From an uncultured Alphaproteobacteria bacterium (GTDB taxonomy: Bacteria > Pseudomonadota > Alphaproteobacteria > Rickettsiales > UBA1997): a stretch of 64,000 nt of DNA. Location: positions 14,075 to 78,074 of the forward strand of contig CAIZZE010000059.1 of the NCBI GenBank assembly GCA_903937405.1, given 5' to 3'. The notes under the pieces were generated by a model. That model searched no databases and was not told the DNA's origin. It saw nothing but the letters and a program-made list of their open reading frames with translations. A program made the position numbers and the translations under genes. Positions 20,746 through 30,156 of this stretch are shown in pieces (the first letter of the stretch is position 1; each line of letters begins with the position of its first letter).

Positions 20746-22137
20746 ATGTCAGGTCCTCTTTTTGAAGCAAAAAAACGTCTTTATCCCCAAAAAGTTAAAG
20801 GACGTTTTCGTCGCTTGAAATGGATTCTAAATAGCGTGTTTTTAAGCATTTATTTTCTCTCTCCATTTTTGCGCTACGAGCGCGCTGGTGGCGCTCCAAA
20901 TCAAGCAATTCTTATCGATTTCTCGGATGGAAAGGCTTATTTTTTTGGTATCGAAATCTGGCCGCAGGAAATTTATTATCTAGCTGGAATTCTTATTCTT
21001 GCCGCCGTTGCATTATTTTTTGTAACTTCACTTTTTGGCCGAATCTGGTGTGGTTACGCTTGTTTTCAAACTGTTTGGACTGATATTTTTATCGCTCTGG
21101 AGCGTTTATTTCAAGGCGACCGCAATGATCGTATTTTGCTTGATCGTAAAAAAAACTTCAAAAAATTCTGGCGTAAATTTTTAACTCACAGCAGCTGGAT
21201 AATAGTTTCACTCCTTACCGGATATGCTTTTGTTAGTTATTTTACCGATTCATTTACATTCACAAAAAATCTTTTTCATGGCCAAATAACTTGGGATGCG
21301 TTGGGCTGGATCTTGGGAATTGGAGCTGCTACTTATGTTATGGCAGGTTTTGCGCGTGAACATGTTTGTACATACATGTGCCCTTACGCACGCTTTCAAT
21401 CGGCGATGTTTGATAAAAATACTCTCATTATTACTTACGACGAAAAACGCGGCGAACCGCGTGGCAAAATGAAACAAGGTGAAGATTTTAAAAATCGCGG
21501 CGATTGTATTGATTGCAAACAATGCGTAGTCGTTTGCCCTACCGGCATTGATATTCGAAATGGGTTACAAATGGAATGTATTGCCTGCGGACTTTGCGTT
21601 GATGCCTGCGACAATGTGATGGAAAAAATTGGCTTACCAAAAGGCCTCATTCGTTATGACACCATGAATCATTTACTCGATCCAATCCCGCAGAAAAAAT
21701 TTAAGATTTTGCAACCGCGCACTTTTCTTTATGCCACGATTTTAATTTTAGTTTCAGCAATAATGCTGCGCAGCCTGATTTTAAAACCAACTCTTGAAAC
21801 CGCTATTCTGCCTGATCGTAACCCGATTTTTGTAACTCTTTCTGATGGTTCAATTCGCAATGGTTATACATTAAAACTCATGAATAAAACTCATGAGAAT
21901 AAGATTTTTAGTCTAAAAATTAATGCTCCGAAAGATGCGGTTTTAAAAATGCAAAATGTTGAACCAGATCATATGGAGGTTGCTCCCGATTCAGTTGCGG
22001 CGTTTAAGGTTTATGTGATTATGCCTAAAATTTTTATGGAAGGAAATGAAGAAGGACGAGGCGTAATTGAGTTTTTACTGATAGATGAAATTGATAAAAA
22101 AGAAGAGAAAGTTGAGGCGGTGTTTATTGGGAAATAA
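20746..22137 (+). CDS. ccoG: cytochrome c oxidase (cbb3) accessory protein CcoG/FixG
   Basis: 463 aa with two ferredoxin-type clusters (CIDCKQCVVVCP and CIACGLCVDAC) plus N-terminal TM segments. Confidence 0.85.
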   Translation: MSGPLFEAKKRLYPQKVKGRFRRLKWILNSVFLSIYFLSPFLRYERAGGAPNQAILIDFSDGKAYFFGIEIWPQEIYYLAGILILAAVALFFVTSLFGRIWCGYACFQTVWTDIFIALERLFQGDRNDRILLDRKKNFKKFWRKFLTHSSWIIVSLLTGYAFVSYFTDSFTFTKNLFHGQITWDALGWILGIGAATYVMAGFAREHVCTYMCPYARFQSAMFDKNTLIITYDEKRGEPRGKMKQGEDFKNRGDCIDCKQCVVVCPTGIDIRNGLQMECIACGLCVDACDNVMEKIGLPKGLIRYDTMNHLLDPIPQKKFKILQPRTFLYATILILVSAIMLRSLILKPTLETAILPDRNPIFVTLSDGSIRNGYTLKLMNKTHENKIFSLKINAPKDAVLKMQNVEPDHMEVAPDSVAAFKVYVIMPKIFMEGNEEGRGVIEFLLIDEIDKKEEKVEAVFIGK

Positions 22138-22339
22138 TCGAGCCAGAGCCTGTATTCAAACTCACAACCCAATCGCCAAATAAATAAAGGCAATAATTAT
22201 AAAATTAAAGAAAGCGCTGGAAAGCTGTCACATCAATTGCATTTGAATCTTAGCCTTTATCGGGGAAAAATTCGTAGCATTTTACTTTGTTGGAAATTTC
22301 TTCGTCGATCTTAGATTAGCTTCGATTTCTTCGAACTAA

Positions 22340-22774
22340 TTACAACGAACTCTTAATCCACTTCCCATCTTCTTTTTTATAAGAATTTGTCGGCTTAATT
22401 TTCTTCGCAATCTTCTTGGCATTTTCTAATCCCGCTTCTTCAAAGAAATAAAAAACCCGCGCAAACTCTTGTACAAAAGCATCTGACGGCGCATCTAAAA
22501 AAACTAAATAATCAGCTTTGTTCGAATTTTCTTCACGATTCGTAATCAAAATTGGCTGACGTTCCATCACAAATTCCTTATCTTCAATCGTCACGTGAGG
22601 AATAAATTTATTGCGTCCGTAAGTCCAGAGCGCGCCATCAATTTCTTTGATTTGGGCGGGATTTTCGCAAAAAACTAAAGCTTTTTTCTTTTCATCCAAA
22701 ACCTTCAAAAGCAATGGAGCAAGCGACTTTATGATAGTTTCATCAACTTGGTAAAAATTTATTTCAGCAGGCAT
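22340..22774 (-). CDS. holC: DNA polymerase III chi subunit
   Basis: 144 aa. It starts INFYQV... and carries the ALWTY...FIPH block typical of HolC. Confidence 0.7.
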   Translation of the reverse strand: MPAEINFYQVDETIIKSLAPLLLKVLDEKKKALVFCENPAQIKEIDGALWTYGRNKFIPHVTIEDKEFVMERQPILITNREENSNKADYLVFLDAPSDAFVQEFARVFYFFEEAGLENAKKIAKKIKPTNSYKKEDGKWIKSSL

Positions 22775-22779
22775 TTTAT

Positions 22780-23277
22780 TTATAAATAGTCCGAAAATTC
22801 TTGAATCACGTCTTCGTAAAGATCGCGTTTAAAAGCAACAATTGCGCCCGTAATTTCAGCGCGCGAAATCCATTTCCAATCCGAAAATTCCGGATTTTCA
22901 GTTTGAATATTAATTGCGGCTTCATCTCCCGTAAACTCAGCCAAATACCATCTTTGTCTCTGACCTAAATATTTTCCGCCCCAAAATTTTTTCTGCAATT
23001 TATAAGGTAAATTATAGTAAAGATGGCCTTCGCTTTTTTTGATTATTTTAATATTGAAATCATCAATTCCGGTTTCTTCTTTTAATTCGCGAATCATCGC
23101 CGCATCTTCAGTTTCACCGGCGTCAAGCCCGCCTTGCGGCATTTGCCAGGCATCAGAATGATTATCGATTCTTTTGCCGACAAAAATTTCCTTCTTCTTA
23201 TTAACCAGCATAATTCCAACACCGCTGCGATATAAGTAATCTGGCTTATCCTGATCTTGGTTTGATTGCGCTGACAT
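22780..23277 (-). CDS. rppH: RNA pyrophosphohydrolase (Nudix, RppH/NudH/InvA-like)
   Basis: 165 aa with Nudix box GGLDAGETEDAAMIRELKEETGI. Confidence 0.85.
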   Translation of the reverse strand: MSAQSNQDQDKPDYLYRSGVGIMLVNKKKEIFVGKRIDNHSDAWQMPQGGLDAGETEDAAMIRELKEETGIDDFNIKIIKKSEGHLYYNLPYKLQKKFWGGKYLGQRQRWYLAEFTGDEAAINIQTENPEFSDWKWISRAEITGAIVAFKRDLYEDVIQEFSDYL

Positions 23278-23355
23278 TGACTTGTTTATTGGTTGGACTT
23301 AAAAAATATAACTCAAGTTAGAAAACCTCCTTACAAAAATCAAATCATTGCTCTC

Positions 23356-24774
23356 ATGAAATTTATTTCGACCCGCCTTGCAGCACCACGCCTTTCTTTT
23401 GAAGAAGTTGTTCTTCAAGGTTTGGCCTCAGACGGCGGTCTTTACGTGCCAGAATTTTTGCCAACATTTAGCAAAAACGACATCACAAAAATGAAAAAAA
23501 TGACTTACGAAGAATTATTTTTCGAGGTTACTCGACATTTCGTTGATAATGAAATTGACGCTACTACTTACAAAAAAATCATCAAAAAATCTTACAAAAA
23601 TTTTTCTCACAGCGCCATCGCACCATTAAAACAATTAAGCCATAATGAATTTTTGCTAGAACTTTTTCACGGCCCAACTTTGGCTTTTAAAGATTTTGCT
23701 TTGCAATTTTTAGGAAATTTGCTCGATTATTTTTTAACCAAAAGAAATGAAAAAATCGTCATAATCGGCGCTACTTCTGGCGACACCGGATCAGCGGCAA
23801 TTCAAGGCTGCAAAGCATCAAAAAACGCCCAGATTTTTATTTTACATCCGCATGAAAAAGTTTCTGAAGTTCAAAGAAAACAAATGACTACGGTTTTAGC
23901 CGATAATGTTTTCAACATTGCGGTGAAAGGAAATTTTGATGATTGCCAATCAATGGTAAAAAAAATGTTTGCAGCAGAAAATAGCGGCGACAAATTTTTG
24001 AAGGGCAAAAAAATGGTGGCAGTAAATTCAATTAATTTCGCCCGCATCATGGCGCAAATTGTTTATTATTTTTATGCCGCGCTACGTCTTGGCGTTGATG
24101 AAAAAAATCCAATTTCATTTTCAGTTCCAAGCGGAAATTTCGGCGATGTTTATGCTGGATTTTTAGCCAAAAGAATGGGCTTAAATATTAACAAACTCGT
24201 TGTCGCAACTAACTCAAACGACATTCTAAATCGCTTCATTCGTGAAAATAATTATAGTAAAGCACAAATGATTGAAACCATTTCTCCGAGTATGAATATT
24301 CAGGTTTCAAGCAATTTCGAAAGATTACTTTTTGATGCCCATCACGCCAAAAAATCAGAAGCAAAAATGCCGAAATTAATGGTTGATTTTGAGCGCAGCG
24401 GCAGTTTGAAAGTTTCTGATGATATTTTAAAAAACATTCAAAATGAATTTGAATCTTTTACTGTTGACGATGAAACCACCAAAAAAACCATCAAAAAATA
24501 TTTTGAAAAAACTGGAGAAATCCTTGATCCTCATAGCGCTATTGGTGTTTATGCCGGAGAAGAATTTATCAAAAGCAAAAATTATCAAGGTGAGTTTGTA
24601 GTTTCTCTCGCAACGGCGCATCCAGCAAAATTTCCGGACGCAGTTATTGCTGCAGGAGTTCCAAATCCTACTCTGCCAAATTTCTTGAAAGATTTATTTA
24701 AAGACGAAGAAAAGTTTGAAGTTCTGGAAAATAATTATGAAGCGGTGACAAAATTTATTTCAGAAAGAGTTTAA
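23356..24774 (+). CDS. thrC: threonine synthase
   Basis: I prefer the ATG at 23356 (MKFISTR...) over the ORF-track TTG at 23293. The PLP-lysine block is FHGPTLAFKD. Confidence 0.9.
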   Translation: MKFISTRLAAPRLSFEEVVLQGLASDGGLYVPEFLPTFSKNDITKMKKMTYEELFFEVTRHFVDNEIDATTYKKIIKKSYKNFSHSAIAPLKQLSHNEFLLELFHGPTLAFKDFALQFLGNLLDYFLTKRNEKIVIIGATSGDTGSAAIQGCKASKNAQIFILHPHEKVSEVQRKQMTTVLADNVFNIAVKGNFDDCQSMVKKMFAAENSGDKFLKGKKMVAVNSINFARIMAQIVYYFYAALRLGVDEKNPISFSVPSGNFGDVYAGFLAKRMGLNINKLVVATNSNDILNRFIRENNYSKAQMIETISPSMNIQVSSNFERLLFDAHHAKKSEAKMPKLMVDFERSGSLKVSDDILKNIQNEFESFTVDDETTKKTIKKYFEKTGEILDPHSAIGVYAGEEFIKSKNYQGEFVVSLATAHPAKFPDAVIAAGVPNPTLPNFLKDLFKDEEKFEVLENNYEAVTKFISERV

Positions 24775-24803
24775 GGTTTGGTTCGTCCTAAAATTTCATA
24801 TAT

Positions 24804-26726
24804 ATGTCACCAATCATCGGTTTTGCACTTTTATTATTAGTACTTTCGATCAGCATTTTTTTACCGGTTTTTAACTTCGCTTCTTTACGCAAAAAAAACC
24901 CGACAAAATTTTTAGAATTAGAAAAAATCTCTTTTTATCTAACTGCTCTAAGCTTTGTCGCCGCTGCAATTTCACAACTTTGTCTAATTCATTCTTTCAT
25001 AATTTCTGATTATTCCGTCGCCAATGTTTACCAAAATTCCCACCACTTAAAGCCATTAATCTATAAAATTTCTGGTAGCTGGGGAAATCACGAAGGATCA
25101 ATGCTGTTGCTGATTTCCATACTTTCTGCTTACAGTTTTGGTTTCGCTTTTTTAAGCAAAATTGATAATGAGAGAAAAGTTATTATCTCTTCCGCGCAAT
25201 CCTCAATCATCGCGCTACTCGCAGCTTTCACCGCTTTTACTTCCAATCCTTTTGAGAGAATTTTCCCAACTCCCGAAGTTGGTTTAGGCTTAAATCCTCT
25301 TTTACAAGATATCGGCCTCGCGCTACATCCACCAATGCTTTACACTGGCTATATCGGATTTTCTTTAATTTTTTCTTTCGCCATCGCCGGACTTTTATCG
25401 GAAAGAATCGATAAAAAATTCGCACAACATTTAAAAGGCTGGCTATTTTTTTCTTACGGTTTTTTAACTTTCGGAATTGGTCTCGGCGCTTGGTGGGCTT
25501 ATCGCGAACTTGGTTGGGGCGGCTATTGGTTTTGGGATCCGGTAGAAAATATTTCACTCATGCCTTGGATCGCCGCAACCGCATTAATTCACTGCTTAAA
25601 ACTTTTAGAAAAAAAAGAAATTTTCAAAATCTGGACGGCATTTTTAGCAATTTTAACTTTCATTTTATGCCTGCTTGGCCTTTTTTTAGTGCGCTCTGGC
25701 GTATTAACTTCAGTTCATTCTTTTGCCATTGATGCCAAGCGCGGATTTTTTGTTATCGGATTAATTTTCTTAATCGGCGGCGCCGGACTTTTAATTCTTG
25801 GCGCTAAAATTCCGCGCCTAAAAAGTGAACAAAATAAAATTTTCTTCTGGTCAAAAACGGGTTCGATTTTACTCAATAATTATTTTCTGATTGTTGCTTT
25901 ATTCGTGGTGCTTCTTGGCACAATTTACCCAATTTTTTCGCGCGGAATTTTCGATGAATTTATTTCAATTGGTCCGGAATATTATAACAAAATTTTTGGT
26001 TTTTTAATTACGCCATTTTTGATTTTTTTGGCGATTTCAAATCAGCTAAATTATTCAGAAAAAACAGCTAAGAAAAAATTTATAAATCGTAAAATTGCTT
26101 TGATTTTAGGGCTTTCAGCGCTCATTACTTCTTCCGTTTTTTTATATCATAAAAGCGCCGATTTCTTGCAGATTATTATTTTATTTTTGGCGATTCTTTC
26201 AGCTGTAATTACGCTTTTTTCTGGAGGAAAATCTTTTCAAAAACTCCGTCATCCTGAACTCGTTTCAGGATCTAATCTCGCAATGACTTTAGCTCATTTC
26301 GGCTTTTCAATAATCATCGTCGGCATTGTAATGACTTCGTCTTTCGGCCTTACCAAAGAAACAAATCTCAAGAAAAATGAATCACTAAAAATTGCCAATT
26401 TTGAAATCAAATTTTTAGACGTAGAATATTTCGCCGGTAAAAATTTTATCTCGCGCCAAGGTGATTTTTTAGTTACAAAAAATGGTCAGGAAATTGCGCA
26501 TTTAAAACCGCAATTGCGCTATTATCCAATCTCGGAACAAACAACAAATGAAGCGTCAATTAAACATGGATTTTTTGGCGATCTTTATTTGGTAATCGGA
26601 AATAAAGATGAAGAAGAAAACTACGCCGTACGCGCTTATTACAAGCCATTCATTTACTTAATTTGGCTGGGTTGTATCTTAATTTTTCTTGCCACTTTTT
26701 TAAAAATTTTCCGCAAAAAAATATGA
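24804..26726 (+). CDS. ccmF: cytochrome c-type biogenesis protein CcmF (heme lyase subunit)
   Basis: 640 aa, polytopic. It carries the WGGYWFWDPVEN (WWD) motif and GSWGNHEGSMLL. A repeat arm is embedded in-frame at 26248-26275. Confidence 0.85.
   Translation: MSPIIGFALLLLVLSISIFLPVFNFASLRKKNPTKFLELEKISFYLTALSFVAAAISQLCLIHSFIISDYSVANVYQNSHHLKPLIYKISGSWGNHEGSMLLLISILSAYSFGFAFLSKIDNERKVIISSAQSSIIALLAAFTAFTSNPFERIFPTPEVGLGLNPLLQDIGLALHPPMLYTGYIGFSLIFSFAIAGLLSERIDKKFAQHLKGWLFFSYGFLTFGIGLGAWWAYRELGWGGYWFWDPVENISLMPWIAATALIHCLKLLEKKEIFKIWTAFLAILTFILCLLGLFLVRSGVLTSVHSFAIDAKRGFFVIGLIFLIGGAGLLILGAKIPRLKSEQNKIFFWSKTGSILLNNYFLIVALFVVLLGTIYPIFSRGIFDEFISIGPEYYNKIFGFLITPFLIFLAISNQLNYSEKTAKKKFINRKIALILGLSALITSSVFLYHKSADFLQIIILFLAILSAVITLFSGGKSFQKLRHPELVSGSNLAMTLAHFGFSIIIVGIVMTSSFGLTKETNLKKNESLKIANFEIKFLDVEYFAGKNFISRQGDFLVTKNGQEIAHLKPQLRYYPISEQTTNEASIKHGFFGDLYLVIGNKDEEENYAVRAYYKPFIYLIWLGCILIFLATFLKIFRKKI
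26248..26275. repeat. single arm of the GATCCTGAAACAAGTTCAGGATGAC palindromic family inside the ccmF reading frame
   Basis: gtcatcctgaactcgtttcaggatctaa matches 43168-43195 (gtcattctgaacttgtttcaggatctaa) at 26 of 28 positions. It is translated as RHPELVSGSN. Confidence 0.7.
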
Positions 26727-28465
26727 AAAAATACTTTTTAATTTGTTCATTTTTATTGCTCGCAGCTTGTAATCACCAAGCTTCAAACTTTAGTCTTTCT
26801 GACATTTGGATTGGTGAACCCGATTCTGGTTTTCGTGATTTAAAAGTTGTGATCGGAAAAAAATTCATGATTTCTTCCGGCAACGAACTTGCAAGCCGCG
26901 CTGGTTCTGAGATTATGGCGCAAGGTGGAAATGCCATTGATGCTGCAATTGCAGCGCAGTTAGTTTTAAATATTGTTGAACCACAATCTTCTGGAATTGG
27001 TGGTGGCGCTTTCATTCTTTATTATGATAAAAAAAGCGGCGAAACCATTTATTTTAATGGACGCGAAACCGCGCCTAAAAATTCTAAAAGCGATATGTTT
27101 TTAGATAAAAATGGCAAGCCCCGCGAGTTTAATGACGCAGTGCGTGGCGGCCTTTCAGTTGGAACGCCAGGACTTTTAATGGCAATGTCAGAAGCGCATA
27201 AAAAATATGGAAAATTACCTTGGAAAAAACTTTTTCAGCCGGCAATAAAAATTGCTAGTGACGGTTTTATTGCCAGCAATAGATTTCATATTTTATCGTC
27301 AAATATTTCTTACTTAAAAGATTTCAGTGAAACTGCTGAAATTTATCTCGATAAAAATGGCAAAGCTTTCCAAGCTGGCGATAAAATAACTAATCCTAAA
27401 ATGGCAAAAACGCTGAAAATAATTTCCAAGGAAGGCATTGATCCATTCTACAAAGGAGAGATCGCACATGATATTGCAAACGCAGCACAAAACTCAAAAA
27501 TCAATCCCGGTTATTTATCTTTTGATGATTTAAAAAATTACCAAATCAAAACCGGCGATTTACTGTGCGATTCTTACCGAAAAAAATACAAAATATGTAC
27601 AATGCCATTACCCGCCGGCGGCATTACACTTTTGCAAATTATGGGAATTTTAGAAAATTTTGATTTGTCAAAATTTAAACCAAATTCTGTTGAAGCAATT
27701 CACTTAATTTCCGAAGCAACTCGTTTGGCTTATGCCGATCGCAATCAATATTTAGCTGATACAACAGATGTTCCGATTCATAAAATGTTGGATAAGGATT
27801 ATTTGGCAAAACGCGCTGAATTGGTTGATCCAAATAAAGCAATTGAGAAAATTGAGCCTGGTAAATTTACCTACAAACAAAATTCTGTAATTAATAATCG
27901 AGTTATTGAACTTCCTTCGACAACTCATTTATCGGTTGTTGACGCCAAGGGAAATGCTGTTTCAATGACGAGCTCGATTGAATATTTTTTTGGTTCGGCA
28001 ATTTCGGTTGATGGATTTATGTTAAACAATCAACTAACTGATTTTTCTTTTGAGCCGATAAAAAATGGCAAGTTAGTTGCAAATCGTTTGGAGCCAGGTA
28101 AACAGCCGCGCAGTTCAATGTCGCCAACTTTCGTCTTTGATGAAAAAGACAAATTAATTATGATTATTGGATCTCCGGGGGGGCCTAGAATTATTCAGTT
28201 TGTTGCCAAAACTATCATCAATCATTTGGATTTTGGACTTGATGCTCAAGAATCAATTTCCATTCCAACATTTGTGGTTTTAAATAACGTAATCGAACTA
28301 GAAAAAAATCAGGACATTATTAAATTAGAACCTGAACTAAAAAAAATGGGTCACAAAACAAAAGTGATCGAAATCACGAGCGGAATTCACGCAATTACAA
28401 TTGATAAAAACAAAATCGAAGGTGGCGCTGATCCTAGAAGAGAAGGCGTTGCAGTTGGTTTTTAA
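26723..28465 (+). CDS. ggt: gamma-glutamyltranspeptidase (lipoprotein signal)
   Basis: The start MKKYFLICSFLLLAAC at 26723 overlaps the ccmF stop as ATGA. The family pattern is present, including the autoprocessing PSTTHLSVVD Thr. Confidence 0.85.
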   Translation: MKKYFLICSFLLLAACNHQASNFSLSDIWIGEPDSGFRDLKVVIGKKFMISSGNELASRAGSEIMAQGGNAIDAAIAAQLVLNIVEPQSSGIGGGAFILYYDKKSGETIYFNGRETAPKNSKSDMFLDKNGKPREFNDAVRGGLSVGTPGLLMAMSEAHKKYGKLPWKKLFQPAIKIASDGFIASNRFHILSSNISYLKDFSETAEIYLDKNGKAFQAGDKITNPKMAKTLKIISKEGIDPFYKGEIAHDIANAAQNSKINPGYLSFDDLKNYQIKTGDLLCDSYRKKYKICTMPLPAGGITLLQIMGILENFDLSKFKPNSVEAIHLISEATRLAYADRNQYLADTTDVPIHKMLDKDYLAKRAELVDPNKAIEKIEPGKFTYKQNSVINNRVIELPSTTHLSVVDAKGNAVSMTSSIEYFFGSAISVDGFMLNNQLTDFSFEPIKNGKLVANRLEPGKQPRSSMSPTFVFDEKDKLIMIIGSPGGPRIIQFVAKTIINHLDFGLDAQESISIPTFVVLNNVIELEKNQDIIKLEPELKKMGHKTKVIEITSGIHAITIDKNKIEGGADPRREGVAVGF

Positions 28466-28478
28466 AATTTATTTAAAT

Positions 28479-28763
28479 ATGAAAGTAAAAATTTTTCGCC
28501 CGACAAAATCGGCGATGCAATCAGGAAAAAGGAATACTAAAAAATGGTTAATGGAACCAATTGAAGAGAAGAATATTCGCTCGATCAGCCCAGTTACTGG
28601 CTGGGTTTCGGCAAGTAACACTTCTTCGCAATTAGGATTTGTTTTTGAAAGCAAAGAAGAAGCGATAAAATTCGCAGAAAAAAGTGGATTTGAATATGAA
28701 GTTGAAGAGCCGAAGAAACTGCTTGTAGCCAAAAAATCTTACGCAGCAAATTTTACTGGGTAG
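28479..28763 (+). CDS. ETC complex I subunit conserved-region protein (NDUFS4-like)
   Basis: 94 aa from the ATG at 28479 (MKVKIFRPTKSAMQSGKRNTKKW...). The ORF-track start at 28401 would overlap ggt. Confidence 0.7.
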   Translation: MKVKIFRPTKSAMQSGKRNTKKWLMEPIEEKNIRSISPVTGWVSASNTSSQLGFVFESKEEAIKFAEKSGFEYEVEEPKKLLVAKKSYAANFTG

Positions 28764-28773
28764 TTAACTCAAG

Positions 28774-28872
28774 CCCAAGTCGACCCCGTCGTGAAGACGG
28801 GGTGACACTGAGTATGGTTGATGTACATACTTCCAACTTGTCACCCCGTCTTCACGACGGGGTCCACTCGGG
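28774..28872. repeat. 99-bp nested palindromic element (RPE-like)
   Basis: The 34-nt arms cccaagtcgaccccgtcgtgaagacggggtgaca and tgtcaccccgtcttcacgacggggtccactcggg differ at 2 positions. Each arm itself contains the hairpin accccgtc-loop-gacggggt, and the centre also pairs (agtatg/catact). Confidence 0.75.
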
Positions 28873-28902
28873 TTCCAAACAAAGAAATAATCAAAAATCA
28901 TA

Positions 28903-30150
28903 ATGCAAAAAATCACCGAAATTCTTTCACAAAAAATCAGCGAAAATCACCAAAAAATTGAAGATTTTTTTGCGAAAAAATTTCGTGAAAATCCACCACT
29001 TTTTTATAATTCAGTTGATTTGCGTCACAGCGAAATAAAAATTGCACCGGTTGATACAAACTGCTTTCCAGCTGGATTTAACAACCTTTCCGATGTTTCA
29101 AGGCAAAAAGCTAAATCTATCGCCGATAATTTTTTATCGACATATTTTCCTCAAGCAAAAAAGATTTTAATTTTACCAGAAAGCCACACGCGCAATTTGC
29201 GTTATTTGGATAATATTTTTTATTTGCAGGAAATTTTAAGCTCTAAAAGAGAAGTTATTGTTGGAACTTTATCTGCTGAAATAATTGAAAAAACTGTAAT
29301 CGATCTAGAAAATGGTCATTTTGTCACAGTTCATCCTTTACAAAAAAATGGCGATAAAATTGCCAGCAAGGAAGGTTTTGAACCAGATTTAATTATTCTA
29401 AATAATGATTTAACTGACGGAATTCCAGAAATTCTAAAAAATCTTTCATCGCCAATTATTCCATCAGAAAATTTAGGCTGGCATTCACGCACCAAATCAC
29501 ATCATTTTGACATTTATAACCAACTGGCTGTTGAATTAGCGCAAATTATTGAAATTGATCCTTGGCTAATTTCTTCTCTTCACGCCGTATGTCAAAAAGT
29601 GAATTTTAAAGAACAAACTGGCCTTGAATGTTTGGCAACGCATGTTGATAAAATCATCAGCGATTTAAAAGAAAAATATCAGCAATACGAAATTTCAGAT
29701 GAGCCTTATTGCTACATTAAAGCTGATAATGGCACTTACGGAATCGCAGTCTGGCCGGTTTTTTCCGGTGCAGAAGTTTTGGAAATAAATAAAAAAGAAC
29801 GCAATAAAATGAACATGCTCAAAGGTGCCGTTCAAAATACGCAAGTGATGGTCCAAGAAGGAATTAAAACGGTAGATCGCATTGATGATAAAATTGCCGA
29901 GCCAATGATTTACATGATCGGCGGCGAAATTGTGGGAAACTTATTTCGGGCTAATGAAAATCGCGATGAAAAAATCAGCTTAAACGCAGCGGGCGCAAGC
30001 TTTTTTGATTTAGAAAAATTATCTGAAACTCAATTAAAATTGGGATTAGAAAAAAATAAAATTGCTGCAATTTATTCATTAATTGCAAGGCTTGCGGCGC
30101 TTGCTTCTGCTGTTGAAAACAGCATCAATATTTCAATAAAAAATTCATAG
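28903..30150 (+). CDS. glutamate--cysteine ligase-like protein (GshA family of the PF08886 type, from memory)
   Basis: 415 aa. The N-terminal block FYNSVDLRHSEIKIAPVDTNCFPAGFNNL resembles the proteobacterial GshA family as I recall it. This was not checked by search. Confidence 0.5.
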   Translation: MQKITEILSQKISENHQKIEDFFAKKFRENPPLFYNSVDLRHSEIKIAPVDTNCFPAGFNNLSDVSRQKAKSIADNFLSTYFPQAKKILILPESHTRNLRYLDNIFYLQEILSSKREVIVGTLSAEIIEKTVIDLENGHFVTVHPLQKNGDKIASKEGFEPDLIILNNDLTDGIPEILKNLSSPIIPSENLGWHSRTKSHHFDIYNQLAVELAQIIEIDPWLISSLHAVCQKVNFKEQTGLECLATHVDKIISDLKEKYQQYEISDEPYCYIKADNGTYGIAVWPVFSGAEVLEINKKERNKMNMLKGAVQNTQVMVQEGIKTVDRIDDKIAEPMIYMIGGEIVGNLFRANENRDEKISLNAAGASFFDLEKLSETQLKLGLEKNKIAAIYSLIARLAALASAVENSINISIKNS

Positions 30151-30156
30151 AGATTT

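Noticed and set aside
22281-22340. cttcgtcgatcttagattagcttcgattt downstream of holC, resembling the ATCGAGCTA-family terminus
   Set aside because: The similarity is patchy and needs several gaps, so it is not convincing without alignment statistics.
26663-26722. Upstream-extended ORF-track starts (26663 for ggt, 28401 for the NDUFS4-like gene, 43211 for the PepSY gene, 23293 for thrC, 63359 for ybgC, 59870 for lpdA)
   Set aside because: In each case an internal ATG gives the family-typical N-terminus or signal peptide. The internal start also avoids a long overlap with the upstream gene or reading through repeat elements.
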